DNA of 64,000 nt from Paramecium tetraurelia. Its lineage: Eukaryota. The notes below the pieces were generated by a model. It was given only the letters and a program-made list of their open reading frames with translations, did not search any database and had not been told where the DNA came from. The stretch covers positions 62,001 through 126,000 of the forward strand of contig CT868496.1 of the NCBI GenBank assembly GCA_000165425.1, in the 5' to 3' direction. This document shows positions 1-13,047 of this stretch, one piece after another. The translations under genes were made by a program, and so were the position numbers. Positions within the stretch are counted from its first letter, which is position 1, and each line of letters begins with the position of its first letter.

Positions 1-588
1 CAATTAGAAATACCAACTTTTGGTAACAGTAGACCAGTTCAAGTTTTCAAATTTATTAAAAAATCACAATCTACAAAAATAAACCCTGAGGAATCTTTTG
101 AAAGGTCTGGAGAATCAAAAGTCATCAATTAGTCTCAAATTATTAATTCAAAATCGACTGAGGATAATGAAAAATATTTAATAGAAAATCAATAAATTTA
201 AGAATAAAGTAATCTATTCTCAAGCTAATAAGAGACTCTTAAATAAAAGTCATTGATCAATTCTAATATTCTGGCTAATCAAAATAAAAAGAAAAGTTCT
301 AAAATTATTATCAAGCATGAATAAAAAAAAATCAATTAATATTTCTAACCTTCTTTCAAACCACCACCATCTGTTGTTTAATAATAAGAGTAAACACCTT
401 CAGAAGTCAATATTATTGAAGAGGAAATACAAAAAATCGAATAGAAAGTTGATTCATAGGTTGAAGAAGAATTCCAGCAATATAGTATTTCGGAGGAGTA
501 CTCTGATAATTTTCAAAAAAGGTTTTATTACACTGATTTTGGTTTTTTCTTAAGTCAGGAACTCCAGTTTAAACAAATTTAGCTTTGA
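1..588 (+). CDS. 3' part of hypothetical protein (starts before window)
   Basis: Frame +1 is open under the ciliate code from QLEIPTFGNSRP... to ...FYYTDFGFFLSQELQFKQIQL-TGA(586-588). Confidence 0.65.
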
Positions 589-630
589 AATTTTGTATTT
601 TTACTTTATTATTATTTTTATTTTTTCCCA

Positions 631-2354
631 ATGTCTATCACTTTGAACAATAGATATGAAATAGATACTTCAAAATATATTAATAAAGGAACCTATAGCA
701 TAGTATTTTATTGCAAAGATAAAGATAATGAATAATTATAATTAGCTGCAAAGGTAATCTTCATTTTGATTTTTAGGTGATTTCAGACGATTCAGAGAAT
801 AACACTAAATCTATATAAGAATACTAAATTTTAAACTCGTTATAAGATTTCCAAAATCCACACATTGTAAAATGTTATGATATTGGCAAACATGAGGGGA
901 AAATAATTATTATAATGGAATATTGTGAATTGGGAGATTTGAGTAAGAAAATTAATGAGATGAAATAACAAAACTAACGATTCACAGCTGAATAGATTCT
1001 GGACTTTATTTATTAAATTGTAGATGGTGCATATCTTCTATATTAAAATAACATTTTTCACAGAGATATGAAACCTTAAAACATTTTATTAACAAGAGAT
1101 TTTGAATAAAATTTATTATGCAAAGTAATTTTTATTTTATATTTTAGATTTGTGACTTTGGATCAGCCAGATTAGTTCAAGATATGGGATTGAAATAAGA
1201 TTTCACAAAATTTTGTACACCTTAATATTAATCTCCTGAAATTTATAAAAAATAACTATTTTCGCCTTAATCAGACATATTCTCATTTGGATTAATTATA
1301 TATGAATTATGCCTTTTAAAATATCCATATAATAATTCGGAGAGAGAAAGTTTCTTTGAATAACTGAAGAATAAACCATTCGAAATTGATTTGAGTACTA
1401 TTGAGGGTAACGAGGAATAGATAAATTTTATTAAATTAATTTTAGAATAGACTATAGTGTACGATTAAGAATCTAGATTTAATTGGTAGTTCTTACATGA
1501 TTTAATTACAGAATTTAAATAAAATTCATAAGCCACATATGAATAATAAAACAAAGACAATTCTTGTTATACTATTGCTAAATAACATGTTAATTTGTTA
1601 ATTAGTAAATTATAATTGGCTAATGCTTTGATGCTTCAATTCTAACTTTGTTTGTAAATATATATTTTATTTTAAGTAACAATCAATAACTGGATATTTC
1701 CATAGATATTTTCAAATTAGCTTTTACTACACTAGCTTGTTGTAAACACATATTGGGTATGTCAATAATTTCCTTTATGGAGTGTAATTACAAAACTTTA
1801 AGTTCAAATCTCAAAGAAATAATAAATAAAGAGATGTTTTAATAATTATCTGCAATTTACAAACAAAAATTCAAACAAGATCCTGATAACAATTTTAATT
1901 TTGATGATTTTGACATTAAGAAGTTTGATTATGCTTTGGGAGTAATTATTTTTTAAACCTTTTAATAGATGGCCAAACTTTAAATTATTTGGATAAATGA
2001 TTTAAACAAAAGTTATCAGAACTAATTTAAGGATTTAAATAATCATTTTATTCAATTTACTGCATTTGCTAATAACATAGGAATTTCTTAGAGTTATGGA
2101 GATTATATATGTCTATGGAATGATCTATTTGAAAATCAAATAAAACCAAAGATTCCATATAATAATTAGCACGAAGACCTAATAATGTAAATATATGAAT
2201 AACTTAATTATAAATAGTTTTTAGAGCTTTAAATTTAAGTTTTAGCACAAGCGAAGTATATTACCCTCAAAAGAATTGTAATTAGATCCTGAATTTACTT
2301 GAATACCCAAAAATGAAGTTTGATGAGGCAGATGCTAGAAACTTTTTAGCATGA
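631..2354 (+). CDS. Ser/Thr protein kinase with helical C-terminal extension
   Basis: NKGTYS loop, AAK, HRDMKPQN, ICDFGSA and TPQYQSPE motifs; 23-nt intron at 754-776. The 3' end is uncertain (2292-2354) depending on splicing. Confidence 0.9.
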
Positions 2355-2458
2355 TTTTTTTTCAATTTATGTAATAATTTCTGATTTAACTCCTTCGCAA
2401 CGTTAATTTGTGTAAAATTAAAAATAAAAAAAAATTTATTCAATATTTTTGCTTGATC

Positions 2459-3314
2459 ATGATAAAAGATAAATCTCCGATTTAAAAAGGAAACTATATC
2501 ATTTTAAGAGATAAACTGATAGGAAAAGGAAGGCATTCCTTCATTTATGATTGCGTCAATGAGCTTGATAAATAAACTCAATATTGTGCTAAAATATTTT
2601 TCAATACTTCAATCCCAAGAACTTTGAAAATTGATAACCTAAAAAACATTAACAACGTAAATCTCTTGAAATATTATGAAATATTTGAACACAACAAGGA
2701 TGTTATCATTATTATGGAAAGATGTGATGGTAACCTAAAAGCAATTATTGACAAATAACCTCTAACTGAAATGGATACATATAAATTTTTAAGGCAATTC
2801 TTAGGAGGGTATTAAACAATAATTGATGTTGATTTAGATTTGAGAGAATTGAAACCTGTAAATATTTTAGTTAAGAATAACGTTTATAAAGTATATCATA
2901 TTCTATTTTGACAAGATATCCAATTATGGTATATCATCTTTGTATAAGGCAGTAGAAGGGGAAACTAAAGCATTCTCTGCTCCAGAGATATTTTATGAAA
3001 AAGAACAAACTAGAATTAAGGATATATTTTCAGTATTTATTTAATCGAATTTATCAGCTTGGATTAGTCTCATATTTTGCTTTTTACAACTAATTACCTT
3101 ATGCATATCGAAGTGCAGTTGATCAAGTAGCATTCTTTAGATAAATCAAGCAAATTGACTTTGAAATAAAGAATGAAGTATGATTCTACATCTAATTTAG
3201 GGGCCTCTAAAGTTGAAACAATTATTACAGTCAATGATCATCTATGATCCATCAAAAAGAATTAAAATTGAAGAGTTATAGTTGTAATTGGACATGGACA
3301 ATAATATGATATGA
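2459..3314 (+). CDS. Protein kinase-like protein, probable pseudokinase
   Basis: IGKGRHS, YCAK, IMERCDG and SAPE present, but HRD is replaced by LRE (DLRELKPVN) and DFG by NYG; three short introns. Confidence 0.85.
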
Positions 3315-3348
3315 TTATATTATCTTTAATAGATTATATATAATATTT

Positions 3349-4055
3349 TCAATTATATTGTCTAAATTGATTAAGTTCATCTTCGATTTCCTGATCCTCT
3401 TAAGATTTATATAGGATATATACATTGAGCATGATTGTTTGAAAGTGAATGGAACTGATCATTATCATCAATATCTTCATGCTTCATCTTTGATCCAAGT
3501 TAGTCATTCTTCTGTAACAAGGGCTAAAACTACTTGAACTACTTACTTTTTAAATAAGAGCATTTGTAACTTTGAATTTTGCTTCCAGTTCATAAATGGC
3601 TCCAGATTCCTCTGATTCAGCTAAAACTAAATTTACTACTTCCTCTTGAACTTCATTTGTGTAAAACAAACTTAAGTTTTTGATTATCTAAGTTAGTTTG
3701 GCACTGTTCCCGAAAGAGCAAATCACTTTAACCAAGCAATCTAGTAATTGATTTGGAAATTATAAATTAGGAACTTCTGGGTAAAATCCTTAATCTTAAT
3801 AATTAATTTCAAAACAATACTATAGGGCTATCTAATTTTCTTTTTAACACTTTGCTGTTATTGTTCCCTTCTGGTTCTTTTCTCTAATAACTATTGTGGA
3901 GAAGGTTTCCTCTCAATAATTCTTTCTTCAGATGGTGCTTATTTAATCTTTTTGATATTTTTTTGAATAGGCTATTATTGAGCAGGTTATTATTGTTAGT
4001 AGGTCTATTGAGGAGGTTGTTTTTATTATTATTTACCACTTTTGATTCTGGCCAT
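3349..4055 (-). CDS. Hypothetical Q-rich protein
   Basis: ATG GCC AGA ATC (MARIKSGKQQQ...) reading to a TGA near 3349 under the ciliate code; internal structure not fully traced. Confidence 0.6.
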
Positions 4056-4177
4056 CTAAAACTCTATTTAAATTATTCAAATTATGCGGTAAATTTAAAA
4101 TAGTTAATTAAACACACTTTTATAAAATTTAAATTATAATTTTTGAATGTATTTATTATTTTAATTAATATTTTTTT

Positions 4178-5859
4178 TCATAAACTATTTGTTCTAATTC
4201 TAATGATCTAAGAAGGTGATTTGGCCCAAAATTTATCAAGTGGAAATGCTGTTTCTAAAGAAAGAACTTTGTTGATTTAGTTTTAATTTGGAAAGACAGC
4301 ATTATCAAACCATTCATTGAAAAAGAATACAAACCAAGCCAAATAGCTTGAATAATTATAATAATCGTTATCTCTCTCACTAACTTTTAAATAGAATTCT
4401 GGATACTGCTCTTAAAGTTCAGGAATCTATGATACAAATTGTTATGAGTCCTACATTTTATACATAAACTTACTCTATAATAAGTATTTATGTGTCCCAA
4501 TTATGACACAATTATTCCTCTTAAAAGTTCACAATCTTAAGTATTGGAAGCAGAGTACTCCTAGATAAGTTCATTAAATTTGGGAAATATCTTGATGAGG
4601 GAACTATGACAATAACTCACTTAATTTGTACACATACCCATAGTATTGGAACAAGCAAAATATTTGTAGCTTAAAAGGCAGAATAATAAAATTTATAATT
4701 AATTTTCCGACATACTACTTTATTGATCTGAAAGAGCTATAGCCAAATCATATGCAACATCGCCTTTTGACATGATTATCTCAGCAAGGTGCTTCAGGCC
4801 ATTAAGATTTTATGCATCCTCTAAAGAATTATAAAATTTTATTGAAAAATGATAATATGGAGTATTAGGCCTCTTTTAGAATTTAACCTATTGTTTTGAT
4901 ACTAATAATGATGATCTCCTGAAATGGGCTGGTTACAACACTTATTATCCATTAAATAAGGGATGAATAAACAGGTCATTCCAACCAATTCTCTGTTTTT
5001 CTTCATAAGAAAGCATTTATTCTATTAGAACACAGACCCGAATATCCAACTATTATTTTTAATTTTGCTTACATTTTCATCCCTTGGACATGTAATTTTG
5101 TTTTCCTAAGTTTTTCTCAATAAAGTAATCTACTCTGCCTAGGTTTTTACATTAATAGGTTTTTCCTTAAAAATTAGTTCATAAAAAATAACCCCTAACT
5201 AACTTATTAACACATTATTTACAGAGTAAACATCACATTTATTAGTGTACTTAGAGTCAAAGAAGATTTAAGGGGCAGAATAGGCAGGAGTTCCAATATT
5301 TGTAGATTAAGAAGGACTTATGAATATACCCATTCCAAAGTCTGCTAACTTTGAAATAAGAACAGAAAATACCTTATAAAATCCACTTGAAATAAGAATG
5401 TTTGCTGGCTTGATGTCTCTGTGTATAAAGTCGACATCATAAAGACTCTTATAGCCTTTGATGATCTGAGCTACAATGTTCAAGCTTTCTTAATGAGTAT
5501 ACCACTCATTACGCTTTTTCTTTTATTCCATTTCTTTCTTTAAATCACCTCCCCTGCAATATTCCATAATAACATAAACTTCAGAATCTCTTTCATTTTA
5601 AATCACATCAATTATATGAACAATATTTGGGTTCTAAATAGGGGAGCTTCTAAGCATTCTTAAAATTTGTATTTCTCTATCAGTGAACTTCTTTTATGCT
5701 CCATTTGACAATATTTACTAATCTTAAATTGAAGATTACTTTAGCACAGAATTCTTCCCCATCACAAGTAGCTGTATAAACTAAACCAAATGATCCTTTT
5801 CCGATCATATTTTTCTTGTTCAAAGTGTATATACCAATTTATGCTTCAGATCTCGACAT
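4178..5859 (-). CDS. Ser/Thr protein kinase
   Basis: IGKGSFG, FCAK, IMEYC, HRDIKPAN, LADFGMG and GTPAYSAP motifs; short introns. Confidence 0.92.
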
Positions 5860-5939
5860 TAATTTTAAATTTAAATATAAAATTATAAAATAGAATTGTG
5901 ATTAAATTCTAATACTATTTTTAATAATAAAAATATCAC

Positions 5940-8031
5940 GCATAACTGTTTAGGATATCATCTGATTCTTAACAATCATATTCTATTTTCCAAAAAAGAT
6001 TATGATTGAATAAAATAGAAATATTTTCACCTATTTAGCTGATCTCCTTCGCATTTTCAGATGTCATTTACAATGAATCTTAACATTTGTTTCCTTGAAT
6101 TTCATCGTCTTAATTCTATCTGTTTTCTTAATTTGTATCATCGCTCCAGACCTGACCATGATTCATATCCATCAAAATATTCTCATCTTCTTCTAGTTAT
6201 CCATTATCTTATGAGTTATAAGTATCTAAGTCTTAATCTTGTTTTGATGTTTCCTAATCTTAATCTTGTTATTCTTCTTGAGTCTACTAACCATAATAGG
6301 ATTCATTGAATTTCTACAAAATCAAATAACTAAATACTTGCAGAATCTACATAATATCTGATTCTTGATCATCTGCTACTTCTGATTTAGCTTTAGGATT
6401 TACATTACATAGATAGGGTTTCTCTTTTTGATTAATATTGCATAATCTGTTTTTCACAAAATTAAACCATTATTAATCTAAAATTGATTGATATGTTATA
6501 CTGTCTTTATAATATTGAAGAATGGATTTGTTTTGCGATTTCTCAATCAGATAATTAGCTAGCGAAGTCAGAAGAGCCAAATATCCTTTTTTATCATTCT
6601 CTTCTGTATGATATGTGACAATAAATTCAATAAGCTACCCAAATTCGAAGACCTAAATATATAATGTGTAGATTAAACATGCTCTGTTATTTTTTCATCA
6701 TCTAGATCAAGAATCGATTTTATGATCTTCTCTGTCATTACATGGATTTAATTATTGGATGAGTATTAAATACAAATGTTTTCTAGCACTTTTATCAAAT
6801 TAGCATTTAACAGAGTTTCAATAATTTAGATGTCGGATGTTCTATGAATAATTATTTATGAGCATACTGAATTAAGGTTTAAATCAACTTAAGCAACATA
6901 ATTTTATATAATCCAAATGGTTGGACATTTTCTTAATTAGAATTTTAGAAGTTAGCAGCACTATATCTTTTACTTAATAAATTTTTAGGAATTTCAGATG
7001 CAATATTTTCAAAAATGGAATAATCCTTCTCATTATGATGAACCACTTCATCCTCGTCTTCTTTTTTTGATTCCTTAGGAGTCATCTCCACCAAATTGAT
7101 GAGGACTTATAATGGTTAGGCCTTTTAAGTTTTGATAGCAATTTCAAATAACAATTCTGGTCTTTTGATTTAATCAACAAATGGAACAATATCTGTGTTA
7201 TTATAGTATAAAGAATTCATATTTTTAGATGTGATTTCAATTAGAATATCACAAATGTTTTCTACAATTTCTGAACAATAATATTTATTCTGCATCAATA
7301 TAATAATTCTTTATAACAGTGACTTTCTTTCATTAAGATATGTTTCATCTGCTAATTCCTAAGTTGTGTCTAGAACTATTAATTTTTCGATGATCTCAGC
7401 TATATGTTTGCAATCAATGTGTTTTAATAAGTTGGATAAAATTTGTTTATCATTAATAATTTCAGACCAAACCTAAAATTTGAATTAGTGATACATCAAA
7501 GCCTCGTTTTTTAATAATCGCTAGTAATGCTTTTGAAAAATAGCCTGCAGATGTCATATTGAAAACATCAACCTCGAGAAAGCCCATAAGTCGAGGGAAT
7601 AAGGTAAATCGAGTCATTTCGTCGTCTGCATCTAAGATTTCCTCTGGTCTTTCGAATAAGAAATCCAATAACTTCTAATTTTAACTGCCCAAAATTTCGC
7701 TGCATAGGAATGGGTATCTTTGATAATAATGCTTTTTTGTACTAGATTTAGGCCTTTTTGTCTGTCAATTCATCCTCAACGGAAATTATATAGCGAATCA
7801 TTTTGTAATACATCACAGGATGCTTGATTATGCTATAAAATTCATTAATTAATAAGGTACTGATCAGCAAATTTATTGGCTCCCATTCCTTTAATTTCCT
7901 ATAAAATATTATCTGCCTATAAAATATTTTCTAATTCACAATCAGGATCTGCTAACAATGTATCCAATTATTGTTGCTGAGGAAAGAAACGAGCAAAGCT
8001 AAAATATGAAAGAGCAATACTTAAAAAACAT
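5940..8031 (-). CDS. SIT4/PP6 phosphatase-associated protein (SAPS family)
   Basis: N-terminal LDTLLADPDCELENILQADNILQEIK, plus RYPFLCSEILG, TSAGYFSK and GYLALLTSLAN motifs typical of SAPS; acidic tail. The 3' end is approximate. Confidence 0.85.
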
Positions 8032-8064
8032 AATAATTAAAAATATTATATATGGATAATAAAA

Positions 8065-8766
8065 TCAGAATTCATTTTAATAAGTTAAATAGTTTATCTT
8101 GAGGCTATTTCGTATGTGATGGAGATTGAACTTATGAGTTTAACTACAAAATTGAGGAAAATCTTCCTTATGATTATGAGAGGCTAAATAATTCTATTAA
8201 ACTTAATTAAATAAATTACGGCTAGAATTTTCTTTGGCATTAGCATTGTTGCTGGTTTCGGCAAATAAATTTTTTAAGAACATATTCTCTTATAATATTT
8301 CCTATTGATTTTATATCAAAATTTCATTATTCTATTTTAGTTCTTCATTTTATTATTGCAACATCTAATTAATCCTATATAGTTCCGTATAATCTGATTC
8401 TTGAGTTTCCTTAGACAATAAAGACAAGATCTAGTTGTTTTAAACTAAAATTTTATTTCTCAATTCTAGATCTGTATTTTGTTTTGTTAAACATCTAGGA
8501 CAGCCCATTTTAAAATTTTAAATTTATCGTTTCTATTATTAAATAATTTGTTAGAGATGAGCAACACTTTCAAATTAATTTATTGAATTGGTATTGGAGT
8601 TATAAGTTGTTAATATATTTTCTTTGATATTTTCCTATTCATCGTGATTGCTTTATCTACTCAAAAGTTTTCTACTATATTTCCTAGCATAGGAGTTATT
8701 CTCTTTTTCATTGGTTGGAGAGGCATTTTTTCTAACTAATTTTTCTGTCGAATGTTTTTTATACAT
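8065..8766 (-). CDS. Hypothetical coiled-coil protein
   Basis: Open frame MYKKHSTEKLVRKN... to TGA at 8065-8067; contains a CPRC motif and Q/E/K-rich heptads. Confidence 0.65.
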
Positions 8767-8876
8767 AGCAGTTAAATTTAATATAATTTAGAATATAATT
8801 CATTGAGTTTATTTTTTAATACTATAATTAGTTTTAAATTATAATCAAATACCAAATGAATCTAGACGACTTAAAT

Positions 8877-10654
8877 TCAACAAGTTTAATACAAATTAGC
8901 CTTTCTAACTAGTTAGAGAATTTGCTGTAAATAAAAGCTATTCTATTGTTCACATTTGAAACTATTATCTTTATCGATTTTGAATAAATTGACTTTCTTA
9001 ACACAATTATTCCGAAGAAATTCCTGATATTATTTTAGATGAGTGTGAAATGATATATTATGTTGTGGAAACTAAATGCTCTCAAAAAAAGAGCATTGTT
9101 CAGTCTTTCGAAATGATAGCTTTTATAATTTATATTCTATAAATGTTAAAGATTGGAATAATATCCTTACCTGTTTGCTCATACATTTCAGAATAAATGG
9201 CGGAATGGTTTTTTCTTTCTTCTTCTTTAACGAAATTAAATTTGCTGCGTAATCCTAAACTACATATATGGGAAAAAAAAGAATCTGAGTCATTATGTAA
9301 ATGAAAATGCATGCTAAAATTAACAATCCAAACAATGTAGTCATATTTAACGATAAAGTTTCTTATAAGCTATCCTGCAATTACTTTTCAAATGCATAAT
9401 AAAACTCTAAGTATTCTTGACTACTCGATAGCCTAACCTTATTAGAATTATAATACATTATTAAAATCATCTTGAATTGCGGTATTTCTTGGATACCAAT
9501 AATCATCTCTTGATTATATACAGTATTAAACCGACATTACAAAGGGGAATTGAGTAACTCAAATTTTGGGCAAGAGGAAGATCCATTTTTCTTTCTTATC
9601 TCTTTCCAATCAGTGAAATTAAATCCAGTAATTGTCTAATTGAATATGTATAAAGGTAGATAATGAGCTGAAACTTGATATGGATGCATGATCATAACTC
9701 CTTCATCTGAAATCAAATACATTATTTAGAATCCAAACTTTTTCTGACCGATTTCTTGAACAAAATCGCTTCCCAAGAATATTGATCCCAATCCACCAAT
9801 CAATTTGCCTTATTCATTCACAATAGGCATAGCAGTTGATAATCCAATTCGTTTTTCAGTAAATACTAGTAATAATGCATACTTTTTACACATAAAAGGA
9901 TTTGTAAAAGTATAATTGTATGAATTATAATCTTATGTTTAATCGTAGTTTCTTTGTAGTTCAATATACCAATCTCGTTACTCTGGTTTGTAACTATAAA
10001 TTCCTTATTGTCTATTCAAACAAGGATATATCGAAGTTAATTTCTCCTTTACAATATAAGAATAAAAGAAATATTGGTTGATCTCTTTTCCTTAATATAA
10101 TAGTTAGCCATATGCTTAAACCTATTCTTGCATTTTAATTCCGACCAACTCATCAATTGTCTTTGGTTTACTGTATGAGCTTAAGTTGGAATAGCACATA
10201 AAGCAATATGAAATATCTGAACTTCCATATCCTTTAATTATTCGCAAAGGATCAGGAATCTGATTGATTCCACCATATGGCATTTAGAAGGCTTCATTTA
10301 TTTGAAAATTATTAGAAAGGAGTACTTGCTTTCTCGTGAAGTGATATAATCTATGAAATGAGATTAGTGTGTTACCATCTAATTAGAAATATACTTTTTA
10401 CTTAGATAGAAGACTTTGTCAAAGTAACTTCTATATAATTTTATAGTATTTGACTGAATCCTATTTGAATTTTCTTTGTATAAGTTATTTGAAGTCTCTT
10501 AAAAGTTTACTCTAAGTAGTGAAAGATGAATCATATTTTATGCTAGAACATATGAAAGAATTATAATTGTTTAGACAAAAGCAATTAGAATCAATTAATT
10601 TCTGAGCTTCATATTCTAAGTGCATTTAGAAAATATTGAAGGATCCCGTTTCAT
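8877..10654 (-). CDS. Cache-domain membrane sensor protein (two TM helices)
   Basis: N-terminal TM (LRNQLILIAFVQTIIILSYVLA), Cache signature YKPEQRDWYIE, YLISDEGVMIMHP, second TM (LFGLLILACIFIYIM); short introns. Confidence 0.8.
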
Positions 10655-11373
10655 TTTAGGTAAATATGAATAATCGAAAATGATTAATATGAGTTAAATT
10701 TCATAATCAAATATTAATATAAAAATAGATGCAAATTAAATTGCCATTGTTCTCTATAGGAGAAACAAATAACAGATTTGATAAAATTTTGGATTTAAAT
10801 TAATTAATAGATAAGAGGTCTCTCAAGTATATTTTAGTTTTGCTTATTATAAATTTATACGTGGTAATTTCGAAATTCATAATTAATAATTATTCTGGAA
10901 CAATCAAAAAATTAATGATAAGTCTAATAATACTCTATTTTATGGTTTCATTCAATTCGATACTCAATTCATGCCAAGTGAATTTATTAGAATCTTTGTA
11001 CTTCAGCAACAATAATTTATGTTGGAAACAATAATGAGGGAGATATTTAATTTACTAAAAATTAAGCAAATTTTAATGAATAACATTTTTAATTTAAAAA
11101 ATTAAATAAGTATAGATAAATAGATAAATGTGAATAATTTTCAAATTAAACTTAATTATATATTACAATTGTCTAATTGTTATACATTGTTAATTTGAGA
11201 ACAATATTCAATCAATCAAACAAAATTAATATAATTATATAATTTTTGTATTTAGAAAAAGAAAGTTCTAAAATAGTTTTCAATTAAAATAAAATTAGTG
11301 TTTCTAGTGGTTGGTAATATGTATCAGTTCTTAAATAGTATCACTTTGTTAATTCTTTCATAATTAAAATTAA

Positions 11374-12950
11374 ATGAATCACATTTAACAAGACTTTATT
11401 TAGAAAATAATGAAATAATAGTAGCAAGAAAAACACTAATAAGTTAAATAGGAAGAGAATGGTTAGAAGCAAAATATTTAAGTACAATATTTCTCATAAT
11501 TTGTTTAGTATTTGCAGAAATAATAACTTCTCTCCATAATTCAGAAATGCCAATAACAATAATAACCAATTTAGCAAGCAACGTATAATATTTAAATAGT
11601 GATTTAGGAAGTTCCCTTCCTTAATTGAAGTTTAAAATTAAGTGACATCATACTTTTAGTAAATAATTCTGTAGAAGCAAATAATCAATATAAATAATGT
11701 ATTTGATTAACAATTGCCATATTTCTTACAAATTATGGGAAATTTAATAATCTACGGACTTGAAAATTGTTCAGGAGAAAAGGAAATTGTTTAAGAGATT
11801 ATAGCATAATATAAATCCAATCCTCTTAAAATTACAATGAGTTGTTCTTTATTCTAGACTATAGGGCTCTTGTTTCGTTCCTAATTAGTATATTATGACT
11901 AATGTAATGAGTAAATTATTAATAAAAGGTACGAAATATCTTTCAAATTTTTTGTTGTTCCGTGACGAATTTTGTGACATCTTCTTCAATACATTATACA
12001 GTTACCAAATGACTCATGGTTAAACATTTAGTCAATAGATTGGATTTACTTAGATTCATTAAATGATCTAGAAAACTTAAGAAGATGTGTGGACAGCATT
12101 TATATTTAAAATGATGAGTTAATAATAATAGAAAATGACTAAAGATATGTTTTTATTACAGTTCAATTAGTACACTGTATTAATGAATAATTTCTTTACT
12201 AAGAGTAATCTCATTATGGATTTAGTCGCTTAGAGTGTTAAATAGACCTCAAAATTGCATAATGATCAAATATTTTAGGAAGTAAATTAATCAATTAAAA
12301 ATAGTATTTGTTGATTATGGGTAGCTTTAAGGCTACGACTTAAGATTTTTTAAAGAAGGCCACTTAGGTATTCTTTGAAGAATCAAATGATCTTGATTTA
12401 TTGTAATTTAGCAGTAATATCATAAAAATCCATAAGCAAATGAATTGTCAAATCTTATTTATTTTACCGATGTTATTTTAATTGGAGAGTTAATACTTAG
12501 ACCATCTTGTTTAGAATGGAATTTAAGATTAATAACCAGTTAAGAATAGTTCAAATTATTATTTAAAGATGATCGAGAAATTAAAAAATAAATGTGTCTA
12601 TAATGGAGAAGAAGAATGCGATTGCAAGAAATGCTAGTGGTATTAAATTCTTTAGATTATATAGTATAAGAAGGAATAGAAACTCAGCAAAAGAGTCTTA
12701 AAAAAAGAAGAGAGAGGCACTAGAAAAAATAGGTCCTTTGTAGGATGAATATGATAAAATTAAAAAGAAAGTACATATATCAGAATATACTAATTAGGTT
12801 TAATCACTTGAAAAAGAAAATTAAGTTATTACAAAATTATTATTGGATGTTTTTAGACACCCATCTCTGGAAAAATTGGCATCTTAATTCATTGAGCCTC
12901 TCACTAAAATTATAGCTGATCAAGAATTCTATAATATTGACGAATGTTGA
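11374..12950 (+). CDS. Q-rich protein with C-terminal Cys cluster and bZIP-like domain
   Basis: Continuous frame when five short GT..AG introns are removed; C-terminus CDCKKCQCIRRNRNSAKESQKKKRE followed by L/I heptads. Confidence 0.7.
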
Positions 12951-13047
12951 TTATAAAAGTCTATTATCTATAAGTTTAGTTAATTATAAATTCATTATTA
13001 CATTTTTTGTTGATATTTTTAAATTTAATTAATATTTATATAATAAC

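Noticed and set aside
10460..10490. Suspected frameshift in the Cache gene
   Set aside because: Recounting the homopolymer shows the frame is continuous.
12317..12571. Separate gene start at ATG 12317 or 12569
   Set aside because: A 23-nt intron near 12282-12304 joins it in frame to the upstream ORF, so it is treated as one gene pending transcript data.
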